From positions 6,411 through 70,410 of IMG/VR virus record IMGVR_UViG_3300032236_000643: 64,000 bases of DNA; one strand, 5' to 3'. The notes under the pieces were generated by a model. That model worked only from the letters and a program-made list of their open reading frames with translations. It did not search any database and was not told the origin of the DNA. Position 1 is the first letter of the stretch. Every line of letters begins with the position of its first letter. Below are positions 49,009 to 58,098 of the stretch, one piece after another. This DNA is from a virus. The position numbers were made by a program, and so were the translations under genes.

Positions 49009-49818
49009 TTACGGGCGGTATCCGGATTCGATTAACGTTTCACGCAAGGCGGGTATGCGTGCATCTTTCGCAATTTCACCGGGATCTTTACCTCCAACTG
49101 TAAGCCAGAGGTGTGACAGTGTACGAACATAATCGTCCAACATGTCCATAGTGCGTGCTTGAGCTGCGCGTCCCGCTGGATCATCATCAAACGCTGCGAT
49201 GACAATCTTGGGACTCATATTCGCAACTAGTTCTACCTGTGGATAATGCAGACCAGCGCCAAAAACACCAACTGCATTCCAATCTTCCGGTAACCCTCCT
49301 TCTTGAAGTGCCATCACATCACCCGCCCCTTCAACGAGGATGAGAACATCACACTTCTTAATCGGCCCATACAAGGTACGTGATGTGCTCACACCGTATG
49401 GGTATTTATATTTCGGATCGGCGTTGTGCCTGGTCACAACGCCGACGACACGACCCGCGTTATCTCTGATTGGATACGTGGGACTGGCTGTGAGGATGTC
49501 TGTGCCACACCTGTTAGCGGATGCAACATTTAAGCCAACTCGTTTCACCCAGTACGGGGACACGTAATCAGCATCAAACAGGTCTAACCATTCCTCTGCG
49601 TAAGTACGCGGTGGCTCAGTACCAGCCAAGACGGCTATAGCCTCATCGACTGTGGGTACATAGTCGTTAACTTTTCCGTGTGCGTTACACGAATAGCAGT
49701 ACCAGACACCTTTCATCACGTTCACGGACGCTGTGATGCTGTGATTGTCGTGCGCAGCACACGTAAAAGGTCGCTCCATTCCGCGGCCTGTCGCCAGCGC
49801 GGATTCAAGCGTGATCAT
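49009..49818 (-). CDS. DNA primase (zinc finger plus TOPRIM)
   Basis: C..H.....S..WYCYSC; LVEGAGDV; FDDDPAG. Confidence 0.88.
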   Translation of the reverse strand: MITLESALATGRGMERPFTCAAHDNHSITASVNVMKGVWYCYSCNAHGKVNDYVPTVDEAIAVLAGTEPPRTYAEEWLDLFDADYVSPYWVKRVGLNVASANRCGTDILTASPTYPIRDNAGRVVGVVTRHNADPKYKYPYGVSTSRTLYGPIKKCDVLILVEGAGDVMALQEGGLPEDWNAVGVFGAGLHYPQVELVANMSPKIVIAAFDDDPAGRAAQARTMDMLDDYVRTLSHLWLTVGGKDPGEIAKDARIPALRETLIESGYRP

Positions 49819-49931
49819 GCGTGACACTGATGGCAGTGCAAACACTTCGTCGCGTGTTTGCCACGTTCACTGATGATTTTGCATTGGTATTGCTCATCTA
49901 AGGCACAGTGAATACAACATGGAATGAACAT
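49815..49931 (-). CDS. small Cys/His-rich protein (38 aa)
   Basis: Read manually; GAGGGG RBS; ATGA overlap with primase. Confidence 0.5.
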   Translation of the reverse strand: MFIPCCIHCALDEQYQCKIISERGKHATKCLHCHQCHA

Positions 49932-50051
49932 GTTCCCCTCTGATTCGTGTGGTTACGGGCGGGTAGCGTACATCTAACTTTTTGAACAAGAAACGCGCAA
50001 GATTTCTTGCACAAATTTACCTAGTGTTCACAACGATTTTGATCGAAATGA

Positions 50052-51269
50052 CTATATGGTTGAAGCTTCTTCACGTATCTTCCGCTCAACAGCCTCATCG
50101 GGCGTAATGTCAGGGAAACGGCCGTTGATCGGGTCAAATAGCGTAAACCAATGACCTCCGGATGCCGTGTTACGTGACTTTTTAATCGTGTTTTTACGTA
50201 CTGAATCACACGCTTCTGACAATCGAGACATTTCGACAATCACATGTGGATCGCGCTCAAGTTCCATGGAACCAGCCAACTGGCCAGAACGATTCAACTG
50301 AGCAGCTGCAAGAACAGGAATGTTCAACATGCCGGCGATCTCACACAACTCACGTGAAATAGCAGCAACAGACTTGTAATCCTCAGTCGCAGGTGACCCA
50401 GACACCGAATACATACGACCCACATAGTCAACGACAACAAGAGTCTTCTCATGCTCCACGGATGCCGAAATAACAGACGCATCCACGCGACCGTGTGACG
50501 GGCCAAACACCTTTAAATCACCACACGACGCATACCATGCGGTCAGTGCATTTCTACGCTCATGATCAGGTAACAAAGATGCAGTAGTCACATGGTTGCG
50601 TAACGCGACCTGGTGTAACCGCTTCAAAATGTCAGCAGGACTCATCTCAAGGGAAAAGAACTTGACATCCCAACCGTGCTCCAAAGCTGTCACTGCGTGT
50701 TCGATGAGCTTCCATGATTTACCGCATCCCCACAGGGCTGCGATCAACCACATTTCACTGGCCGGATGACCACCAGTTAACCGGGACAAGTAACCATCAG
50801 GTACTGGACATGTTTGTGATGCGCTGTGTAGGTCAAGTAACGAGAAATCGAGAGCGTCCACACCTTGGGCATGCTCTGATTTGTACGACCGGATGGCATC
50901 TGTCATGTGAGAGATTGCTTCACCATGTGAGTGCAATGCGATCGCGTTAGAGATTTTTGACAATGACTTACGCAACTCACGATTCGCTTGTGCTTTGTTC
51001 ACTTCACCGGATGCCCACGTGGGGCTGATCCCGGAGATGAAAGAGAAGTTCGGGAACTTCTCTTCAACAAGGTGCGCAGGTGGTGCTTCTCCAGCTTTGG
51101 ACTGGTACGACATACAAAACTCGTGAACTGTCCTGTGCGCGTGGATGGCTGAGTCGTTTACGTTGTAGCGACGTGGATCGTATTGACCTGATTCGATGAG
51201 TGCTGAAATGAACAGTTCTTCAGGTCCTGCGTTCTGTTCATGGTCAGCAGTAGCCAGAGTGATAGCCAT
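50052..51269 (-). CDS. DnaB-like replicative helicase
   Basis: Walker A ALWGCGKS, FFSLEM, VVVDY and AAQLNR motifs. Confidence 0.88.
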   Translation of the reverse strand: MAITLATADHEQNAGPEELFISALIESGQYDPRRYNVNDSAIHAHRTVHEFCMSYQSKAGEAPPAHLVEEKFPNFSFISGISPTWASGEVNKAQANRELRKSLSKISNAIALHSHGEAISHMTDAIRSYKSEHAQGVDALDFSLLDLHSASQTCPVPDGYLSRLTGGHPASEMWLIAALWGCGKSWKLIEHAVTALEHGWDVKFFSLEMSPADILKRLHQVALRNHVTTASLLPDHERRNALTAWYASCGDLKVFGPSHGRVDASVISASVEHEKTLVVVDYVGRMYSVSGSPATEDYKSVAAISRELCEIAGMLNIPVLAAAQLNRSGQLAGSMELERDPHVIVEMSRLSEACDSVRKNTIKKSRNTASGGHWFTLFDPINGRFPDITPDEAVERKIREEASTI

Positions 51270-51790
51270 GGTGGTCCTTTGGGTGTGGGCGGTAATAAAA
51301 AGAACCCCGAGACAGCCAATGTGTGACTGGTTCAGGGTTCTGAGTGTGTTACGGGTGCGAGGTCATAAGTACCTTTTTACGGCAGGCTGCTCCCTCCTCG
51401 CAATAGTGGTTATTTTAGCAGGTAAATGTATCAAAGACAAACAACGAATAGTATCCATGTGAACCATAGACACCCGTAGACATGAAAAACCCGAGCTAGA
51501 CAACCAGCGAACCAGACAACCAAACCAGACAAAACACTCAGACCAGCCAATAAAGACCAAAATAATGGTTCATAACGATTCAGTAACAACAAACTTGACA
51601 CAGTGTGATACCCTTGGCTTCTTGAGCAGTTACAAAGACTCAACACAAACACAGATAAGCGCCCCCTAAAGGGGCGCTACTGCGTAAGAAGCAATACACA
51701 GTAAAAAGAAAAAATCGACAAAAAATAAAAAACGATGCACAACGCATCACAGTGCACAGCGAACACAACCCAACAGTTACGCTGAAACAC

Positions 51791-53317
51791 ATGACAGCCA
51801 CCACACTGCAACTACACAGACCACCCACCACAAAAGAAGAACTCTGGTGGGTGGTCAAAGCCATGTTCGGAATCGAACTACCACGCGTCAAAGTATGCGA
51901 CGACCACACATCACCCTTCGACGCATTCGCAGACGCATACTTCGGAAACGACTTCAACTGGGCCTTGTGGTACGGCAGCCGAGGAACAGGCAAAAGCTAC
52001 ATGCTCGCCCTCCTCGCACTCGTCAAAGCATCACTACTAGAAATCGACGTCACACTCCTCGGTGGCTCAATGGCCCAATCAAACAACGTACGAGAACACG
52101 TCGAAAAACTCATGGACCGACCCAACGCTCCACGAGACATGATCGAACAAATGATCCAAACCGAAATCCGATTCAAACCAGGTAACTGGATTCGCCCACT
52201 GCCGGCATCGCAGAAGACCGTCCGTGGCCCACACCCTGCCATGACATTGCTCGACGAGATCGACGAAATGGAAAAGAAAATCTACGACGCAGCCATGGGA
52301 CAAGCACTCATGCAACCCAACAAACGCGGCATCGTCGTCCAAGAAATGGTCGTCGCCTCATCAACATGGCAGAACCCCATTGGAACATTCCAAGAAGTCA
52401 TCGACGATGCACGACGCAAAGGCATGCCCATCTTCACCTGGTGCTGGCGTGAAGTCATCTCACCCAACGGATGGATGCCCGCAGACTTCATCGAACGTAA
52501 ACGAGCATCCGTCCCCGCAGAAATGTTCCGAGTCGAATACGAACTCGGCGAACCCGCAGGTGATCAACGAGCCTTCGACCTAACAAAGGTCAACCAATAC
52601 TTCGTACCCATGACACCTGTGTTTGAGCGTCACGCAGCTGACGATGATCTATGGGTATATGAGAAGCCTGAGCCTGCGGGTGTGTATGCGGCTGGTGCTG
52701 ACTGGGCAAAGATGAACGATAAGACCGTCATCATCGTGTCACGCATTGATGTTGAACCAAAGCAGGTCGTGTATCTCCGCCGTGTGAATCGTCGGCCATG
52801 GCCAGACATGATTGAAATGTTCAATCAGACCGTAAACGAATATCAGGCTGTTTCTGCGCATGACGCGACAGGCTTAGGCAACGTTGTGCATGACCTTGTG
52901 GATGAACGAACGTTGAAAGTTGAACTAGTAAAAACAAAACGAACGAAACTGCTCAACGAGTACATTTCGGACTTTGAGCAAGGCGCATATATCATGCCTC
53001 GTAACACCCCACTTCATGATGCGCATCGTGCAGCCACTGTGGATGACGTGTATGGGGGAGCGAGCGCATCGTATAAGGCTCATTTGCCTGATGATGTGGC
53101 AGCTGCGGCGATCATGCATCGCGCTGTCAAACGCCTTGCACCTGCTACAGCAGCGCAGGGCGTGCCGAAAACTAATGAAGTTGCACGTCAACACTTACCC
53201 CTGGCTAGTGAACGTTATGAGGGTGATGTTCGTGTGAAAGATAGTGATACTGGAATCAGTGTCACATGGCTACCTCAGGAAGATACAAACGTTTCTTCTG
53301 GTTATTTTCACCTGTAA
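51791..53317 (+). CDS. terminase large subunit
   Basis: GSRGTGKS, VRGPH, LLDEIDE, SST, GADWAK..D.T and HDATG motifs. Confidence 0.9.
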   Translation: MTATTLQLHRPPTTKEELWWVVKAMFGIELPRVKVCDDHTSPFDAFADAYFGNDFNWALWYGSRGTGKSYMLALLALVKASLLEIDVTLLGGSMAQSNNVREHVEKLMDRPNAPRDMIEQMIQTEIRFKPGNWIRPLPASQKTVRGPHPAMTLLDEIDEMEKKIYDAAMGQALMQPNKRGIVVQEMVVASSTWQNPIGTFQEVIDDARRKGMPIFTWCWREVISPNGWMPADFIERKRASVPAEMFRVEYELGEPAGDQRAFDLTKVNQYFVPMTPVFERHAADDDLWVYEKPEPAGVYAAGADWAKMNDKTVIIVSRIDVEPKQVVYLRRVNRRPWPDMIEMFNQTVNEYQAVSAHDATGLGNVVHDLVDERTLKVELVKTKRTKLLNEYISDFEQGAYIMPRNTPLHDAHRAATVDDVYGGASASYKAHLPDDVAAAAIMHRAVKRLAPATAAQGVPKTNEVARQHLPLASERYEGDVRVKDSDTGISVTWLPQEDTNVSSGYFHL

Positions 53318-53381
53318 CTCTCGGTGTATGTTTTGTCGGTGTGTCGTTTACAAAACAGGTGAACATTTGTACGCTGTGTAC

Positions 53382-53555
53382 ATGTTCATTAAGCGCATCT
53401 CAACCTCTGCGGTCTATTTGTTGCACAACGGGAAACTCGTGTTGATGCACCCATCATCATGGCAAGCACAAAAAACACCCATGATTTCAGTAGATGAAGC
53501 CACCTGGGCGAATCTCACGCTCACTGGCGCATTTGGAACACCTGTAGGCACGTGA
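53382..53555 (+). CDS. hypothetical protein
   Basis: Short ORF overlapping the next start; weak RBS. Confidence 0.4.
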   Translation: MFIKRISTSAVYLLHNGKLVLMHPSSWQAQKTPMISVDEATWANLTLTGAFGTPVGT

Positions 53556-53797
53556 TGGCGTTACTTGACCAACTCAAGGAAGCGCAACGAACGTCCATTC
53601 GTGGCCCACGCTGCGCATTCAAGAACGTGTACGACAAACTGAGCAAAGACGATGCTGTCGTGTTATCCGAATGGATACACAATATGGAGATCCCCGCAAC
53701 GGTTATCTCTGTGGCATTGCGTGCAGAAGGACACCAGGTCAGCGCGGATAGTGTTCAGCGACATCGACGACGCGTGTGTCGGTGTGACGACGTATGA
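53552..53797 (+). CDS. small Cys/His protein
   Basis: C...RHRR..C.C motif of the kind often found before phage phosphoesterases. Confidence 0.65.
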   Translation: MMALLDQLKEAQRTSIRGPRCAFKNVYDKLSKDDAVVLSEWIHNMEIPATVISVALRAEGHQVSADSVQRHRRRVCRCDDV

Positions 53798-54840
53798 GTT
53801 TGAAAGCCTCGCTTGACAATGTCGCAGCAGAATCCGATAAGGATGTTCAGATTGCTGCGTTGATGTCCGCGTTGGCTCGCACGAAGAAAGAACTCATCAA
53901 GACGAAAGCACGTGATGAGGCGTTAGTTGCAGCGGTCTATCAAGGTGCTTATGACGCTCATTTGCTGGTGAAGCCTGAGAAGATCAAGCCACCTGCGAAG
54001 GACACGCGTAAGCGTGGTGAGCATGTTGTTTTGTGGGATTTGGGGGACTGGCAAGGCACGAAAGTTACGCCGTCGTATAACACGCGTGTCATGCAAGACC
54101 GTGTGCGTTTGTTTTTGAAGAAGGCGACATATTTCACTCAAGAGCAGCGAGTGTCACGTCCTGTGCGCGAGTGTCACGTTGTTTTCGGTGGTGACATGAT
54201 CGAAGGATTATGGAACTATCCGACGCAAGTGTGGGAAGTTGAAGAAGAACCCATCAACCAGGTTGTGATTGTCGCCGGTTTAATGGCAGAAGTTGTTCTC
54301 ACTGCTCTCACGGATTTTGCAAAGGTTACTGTTACGGCTGAGTGGGGTAACCATGGTCGTATTGGTTCTAAGCGTGATGCTGTGCCTGCGGCAACGAACC
54401 TTGACCGCATGGCTTTCTTACTTGCTCGTCAGCAGCTTATGGAGCATGTCACGTCAGGCCGGCTGATCTGGGAAGACTCCATTGAGGATATTCAGCGTTT
54501 AGAGATTGGCGCGTATCGAGCACTCGTGATTCACGGTGATGAGATCGGTCGAACCGGTTACGCGTCACCATCAACGATCGTGAATCACGTGAACCGATGG
54601 AGAACATCGTTCCCCTGGTCTTTCCAAGATGTGTATTGCCATCACTATCACACGCCAATGGAGATGACGTTGGCTGATGGGAAGGGCCGCGTCTATTTCA
54701 ATGGTGCGACTGAGTCTGATAACCGGTACGCGTTGGTCGGCATGGCTGCATCTGGTGTTCCAACGCAGCGTTTGCATTTCATTGACCCCGATAAGGGTTT
54801 GGTTGTTCAGCGTGTCGATGTTCTCTTGGAGGATGCATGA
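53794..54840 (+). CDS. calcineurin-like metallophosphoesterase
   Basis: GDWQ, GGDMIEG, GNHGR, HGD and HHYHT motifs. Confidence 0.85.
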   Translation: MSLKASLDNVAAESDKDVQIAALMSALARTKKELIKTKARDEALVAAVYQGAYDAHLLVKPEKIKPPAKDTRKRGEHVVLWDLGDWQGTKVTPSYNTRVMQDRVRLFLKKATYFTQEQRVSRPVRECHVVFGGDMIEGLWNYPTQVWEVEEEPINQVVIVAGLMAEVVLTALTDFAKVTVTAEWGNHGRIGSKRDAVPAATNLDRMAFLLARQQLMEHVTSGRLIWEDSIEDIQRLEIGAYRALVIHGDEIGRTGYASPSTIVNHVNRWRTSFPWSFQDVYCHHYHTPMEMTLADGKGRVYFNGATESDNRYALVGMAASGVPTQRLHFIDPDKGLVVQRVDVLLEDA

Positions 54841-54921
54841 TTCCCTGTGACTGTCCACAGTGTTTCTTGTCTAATGTCAGGGGCGACCCTGATGAAGACA
54901 AGCGTATTAAGCGAGTAGCAC

Positions 54922-55086
54922 ATGTGCGTTATTTGTAACCGTCAAATAGCGATGATGGTATCTAAGGGCTCGTTGTTCTGTTCTGGTAACTGTGAGAAGG
55001 CCTCGTACATCATTGGCGTGTCACAAATGTTGGACAAGGCAAGCAGTTCTACGACAATGAAGAAGTCTCGTGCTAGAGCACGGTGA
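54922..55086 (+). CDS. small zinc-finger-like protein
   Basis: Read manually; CVIC...FCSGNC. Confidence 0.5.
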   Translation: MCVICNRQIAMMVSKGSLFCSGNCEKASYIIGVSQMLDKASSSTTMKKSRARAR

Positions 55087-55267
55087 AGCCACGATAAACG
55101 TGGTGATATCAAAAATTCGCGTGTTACATACGTCGTTTCGTTGCGAGTGCGGCAAGTATCACTGTGAGTCGTGTGCTCATACTCAAGATTATCCGTGTCC
55201 AACGATGCGTGCGTTGGACGAGTTGCTGACGCGGGTTGACTCGACTGAGACCGGTTGGGATTCTTAA
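55070..55267 (+). CDS. small Cys-rich protein
   Basis: LH...CESC....YPCPT motif. Confidence 0.55.
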   Translation: MLEHGEATINVVISKIRVLHTSFRCECGKYHCESCAHTQDYPCPTMRALDELLTRVDSTETGWDS

Positions 55268-55299
55268 AACAGGTCATTAATGCGGGTCTTGAGGAGTTG

Positions 55300-55533
55300 A
55301 TGTTACGCGTGGGCGGCCGAGAGATCACGTTATCGATCGCGTGTGGTGAAATGCAGGTCACGTTGAACGCTGAGGGCGTTTCATGGTCACCTGACGTGGC
55401 ATCTGACATGGTAACGCGGGCTGTTCAAGCGTTTCGTGAAGTGTGGGAGATCGCTGGCGAGTTCGCTGTGGCTGATGAATCTGATGAGACTGCGTCTGCT
55501 GATGAGGCAGCTGGGGACGCGTCAGATTCTTAG
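55300..55533 (+). CDS. hypothetical acidic protein
   Basis: GAGGAG RBS; SWSPDV..DM motif. Confidence 0.6.
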   Translation: MLRVGGREITLSIACGEMQVTLNAEGVSWSPDVASDMVTRAVQAFREVWEIAGEFAVADESDETASADEAAGDASDS

Positions 55534-55587
55534 TTTTATGCTTGTCCGTCTACCTTTTTTGTGTGGTTATGCGGCATCATTAGATGT

Positions 55588-56289
55588 ATGACGCCTAACC
55601 CTCGCTACGGTAATGGCGCTGCTGTCGGGCGGCGTCCTTCTTCGTCTGAGAAGAAGCGAAATGCTGCGTATGGGGTTGCTGGTGCGGGCGCAATCACTGC
55701 TGGTGTTGGCTATGGTGCTGCTCAGTATGGTCGTAAGCGCGTTGCTGGGGCTAAGGGCGCTGACGACCAGCGTTTATCTCATTTGAATGATCGTCGTGAA
55801 ACGAAGATGACGACCGCGAATGTTGCTGAGCAGAACGCTAAGGCGTCTATGCGTCGTGCTGGTCGGGCGTCTCAAGCGCGATCTGATATTGAAAACTGGA
55901 AGCAGGGCCGCGGTCCTGAGACCAAGCAGATCCCCAATCCTGAACAGCATCCGAATACTCGGGGCGGTAAGCAGTGGTACAACGCGAACCGTGTCCATCC
56001 AGGTGACGTGACGCGTATCGCTGACACGATGGATTATTTGGCGAATGAACAAAAGCATCATCTTGGTGAGCAGGTATCGCATCAGGCTACGGCTGACAAG
56101 ATTCGCAATAAAGAACTCCCTGATCTTGAGGACAAGATTAAGAATTTCAAGCCGACTGCACCTGTTGTTGAGGCTAAGTATGGGCGTGTGGCTCGAACTG
56201 GGCGTCGAGGCATGATCGTGGGTGGTCTGACTGCTTTGGGTGGTCTTGTGGCTGCTGAACGTATGCGTCATACGCATAGGGCATCCTGA
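55588..56289 (+). CDS. basic protein with two Gly-rich hydrophobic segments
   Basis: TGATG-coupled to the portal gene; AYGVAGAGAITAGVGYG and IVGGLTALGGLVA. Confidence 0.7.
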   Translation: MTPNPRYGNGAAVGRRPSSSEKKRNAAYGVAGAGAITAGVGYGAAQYGRKRVAGAKGADDQRLSHLNDRRETKMTTANVAEQNAKASMRRAGRASQARSDIENWKQGRGPETKQIPNPEQHPNTRGGKQWYNANRVHPGDVTRIADTMDYLANEQKHHLGEQVSHQATADKIRNKELPDLEDKIKNFKPTAPVVEAKYGRVARTGRRGMIVGGLTALGGLVAAERMRHTHRAS

Positions 56290-57848
56290 TGGCTGATGAT
56301 GTGACATTGCGTGCCAGGCAGGGCACGTATGACCAGTCGAACACGTCGTCTGATGATGTGTTGTTGAAGGAGTCCGAGCGGGCTGGCGCATTTCAGGAAC
56401 TTGGTGCTCTTGGTTTACGCCGCGCAGCTGGTTACATCGATGAAGAGTTCTTACCCCAGATTCGTGGGCGTAAGGGCGTTGAAGTTTTCAAGGAGATGTC
56501 GCAGAACGATCCCATCGTGTCTGCGCTGTTGTTTTCCATTGACCGATTGTTGCGTAACGTTGATTGGCGTGTTGATCCGGCTGGTAAGTCTAAAGAGGAT
56601 GCGAACGCTGCCAAGTTGTTAGAGACGTGTATGGAAGATATGTCTCACACGTGGGATGACTTCATTTCTGAGGTTTTGTCCATGTTGGTGTATGGCTGGT
56701 CTTGGCATGAGATTGTGTATAAGCGTCGTGGTGGTCCGTGGGCGTCTGATGGGCGTTCTCGTTCGCAGTACAACGATGGCATGGTGGGTTGGCGGAAGAT
56801 GCCGATCCGTTCACAGGACACCATGTTGCGTTGGGTGTTTAACGATGATGGGTCAACGAAGGGCATGGTGCAGATCGCACCGCCGCGTTATCAGACGATC
56901 GCTATTCCGATTGAGCGTTCTGTTTTGTTCCGTTATCGGCATTACAAGGATTCGCCTGAGGGCGTGTCGATGTTGCGTGGCGCGTATCGGCCGTGGTTTT
57001 TCAAGAAGCGCATTGAAGAGTTTGAGTCCATTGGTGTTGAGCGGGATCTTGCGGGTTTGCCTTTGGTGAAGGTTCCTGCGGAGATGCTGCGTGCGAAGCC
57101 TGGTACTGATCAGGCTAAGAGTGTGGACGCGTTTAAGAAGCTTGTTAAGTCTGTTCGTCGTAATGATCAGGAGGGAATGGTTTTCCCGTCTGCGTACGAT
57201 CAGGAGACGAAGCAGCCGTTGTATTCGTTTGAGCTTCTTGGCGGCGGTGGTGCTCGCCAGTTCAACACGTCTGAGATCATTCAACGGTATGAGCAACGCA
57301 TTTTGATGACTGTGTTGGCTGATTTCATTCTTGTGGGCCATGAGGGTAGTGGCTCGTATTCGATGCATACGGATAAGACGGGTATTTTCCGTACGTCGTT
57401 GAATTCGATTACTCAGTCGATCGCGGACACGTTGAACAGGCATGCTGTTCCGAAGTTGTTTTTGGCTAATGGGTGGAAGCCTGCTGAGTTGCCGAAGATT
57501 GTTCCGGATGATGTGGATTCTCCGGATATTACGGTGTTGTCGTCGTTCATGTCGTCTATGGCATCTATGGGTGTGACGTGGTTTCCTGACGGTAATTTGG
57601 AGAACTTTTTGCGTTCGGCTGCTCGGTTGCCTGAGTTGGATGATGACCAGTTGGAGCAGCGTCGTCAGATGCAGATGCGGTCGGAGGCGACACAGTTCGC
57701 TGAGGCCAATTCGTTGTATGTGCAAACGGAGAACTCGTTGCAGGCTGCTATGCGTGGCGAAATGCCGGGTGAGCAGGCGACAGCTCAAGATAAGAAATCG
57801 GCCGATAAGGCTCAGTCTTCGAAGAAGGCTGGTGGGTCGCGTGAGTGA
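56289..57848 (+). CDS. portal protein (DUF935-like)
   Basis: ELG..G, EEFLPQ.RG, YGWSWHEIVYK, SPEG.S.LR, ERDLAGLP and GSYS motifs. Confidence 0.9.
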   Translation: MADDVTLRARQGTYDQSNTSSDDVLLKESERAGAFQELGALGLRRAAGYIDEEFLPQIRGRKGVEVFKEMSQNDPIVSALLFSIDRLLRNVDWRVDPAGKSKEDANAAKLLETCMEDMSHTWDDFISEVLSMLVYGWSWHEIVYKRRGGPWASDGRSRSQYNDGMVGWRKMPIRSQDTMLRWVFNDDGSTKGMVQIAPPRYQTIAIPIERSVLFRYRHYKDSPEGVSMLRGAYRPWFFKKRIEEFESIGVERDLAGLPLVKVPAEMLRAKPGTDQAKSVDAFKKLVKSVRRNDQEGMVFPSAYDQETKQPLYSFELLGGGGARQFNTSEIIQRYEQRILMTVLADFILVGHEGSGSYSMHTDKTGIFRTSLNSITQSIADTLNRHAVPKLFLANGWKPAELPKIVPDDVDSPDITVLSSFMSSMASMGVTWFPDGNLENFLRSAARLPELDDDQLEQRRQMQMRSEATQFAEANSLYVQTENSLQAAMRGEMPGEQATAQDKKSADKAQSSKKAGGSRE

Positions 57849-57849
57849 C

Positions 57850-58098
57850 ATGTTGGACGCTAAGGCACGTTCAGCAGCTGCTGGTGCGTGTGCATTGTTG
57901 GCTGCTAATGATGAGGCGTCAGCTCGGGAAATGTTGCGTTTGTATCTTGCTGATGCGATGCCACAGGTTGGTCCGATGTTGGCGATGCAGCGTTTGGTGT
58001 CCGCGATGTTGCATGTGGCTGTGAAGACAACGCCTGATCCGGTGAAGTTTCGTAAGGTTGCTGAGGCGCTTGCTATTTCGGATGGTGAGTGGGTGTGA
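57850..58098 (+). CDS. hypothetical protein
   Basis: Fills the gap between portal and the next gene with start/stop overlaps. Confidence 0.6.
   Translation: MLDAKARSAAAGACALLAANDEASAREMLRLYLADAMPQVGPMLAMQRLVSAMLHVAVKTTPDPVKFRKVAEALAISDGEWV

Larger units (their letters stand above)
34993..49960 (-). repeat. dispersed oriented 13-bp repeat CCCGTAACCACAC (7 copies)
   Basis: Plus-strand GTGTGGTTACGGG starts at 34993, 35323, 39827, 47246, 48255, 49003 and 49947. Confidence 0.9.

Noticed and set aside
44013-53317. Inteins or introns in DnaE, helicase or terminase
   Set aside because: Lengths are normal, with no intein splice motifs or interruptions seen.
55561-55575. GTGTGGTTATGCGG as another copy of the 13-bp repeat
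   Set aside because: Mismatched and in the opposite orientation to the adjacent gene; may be chance.
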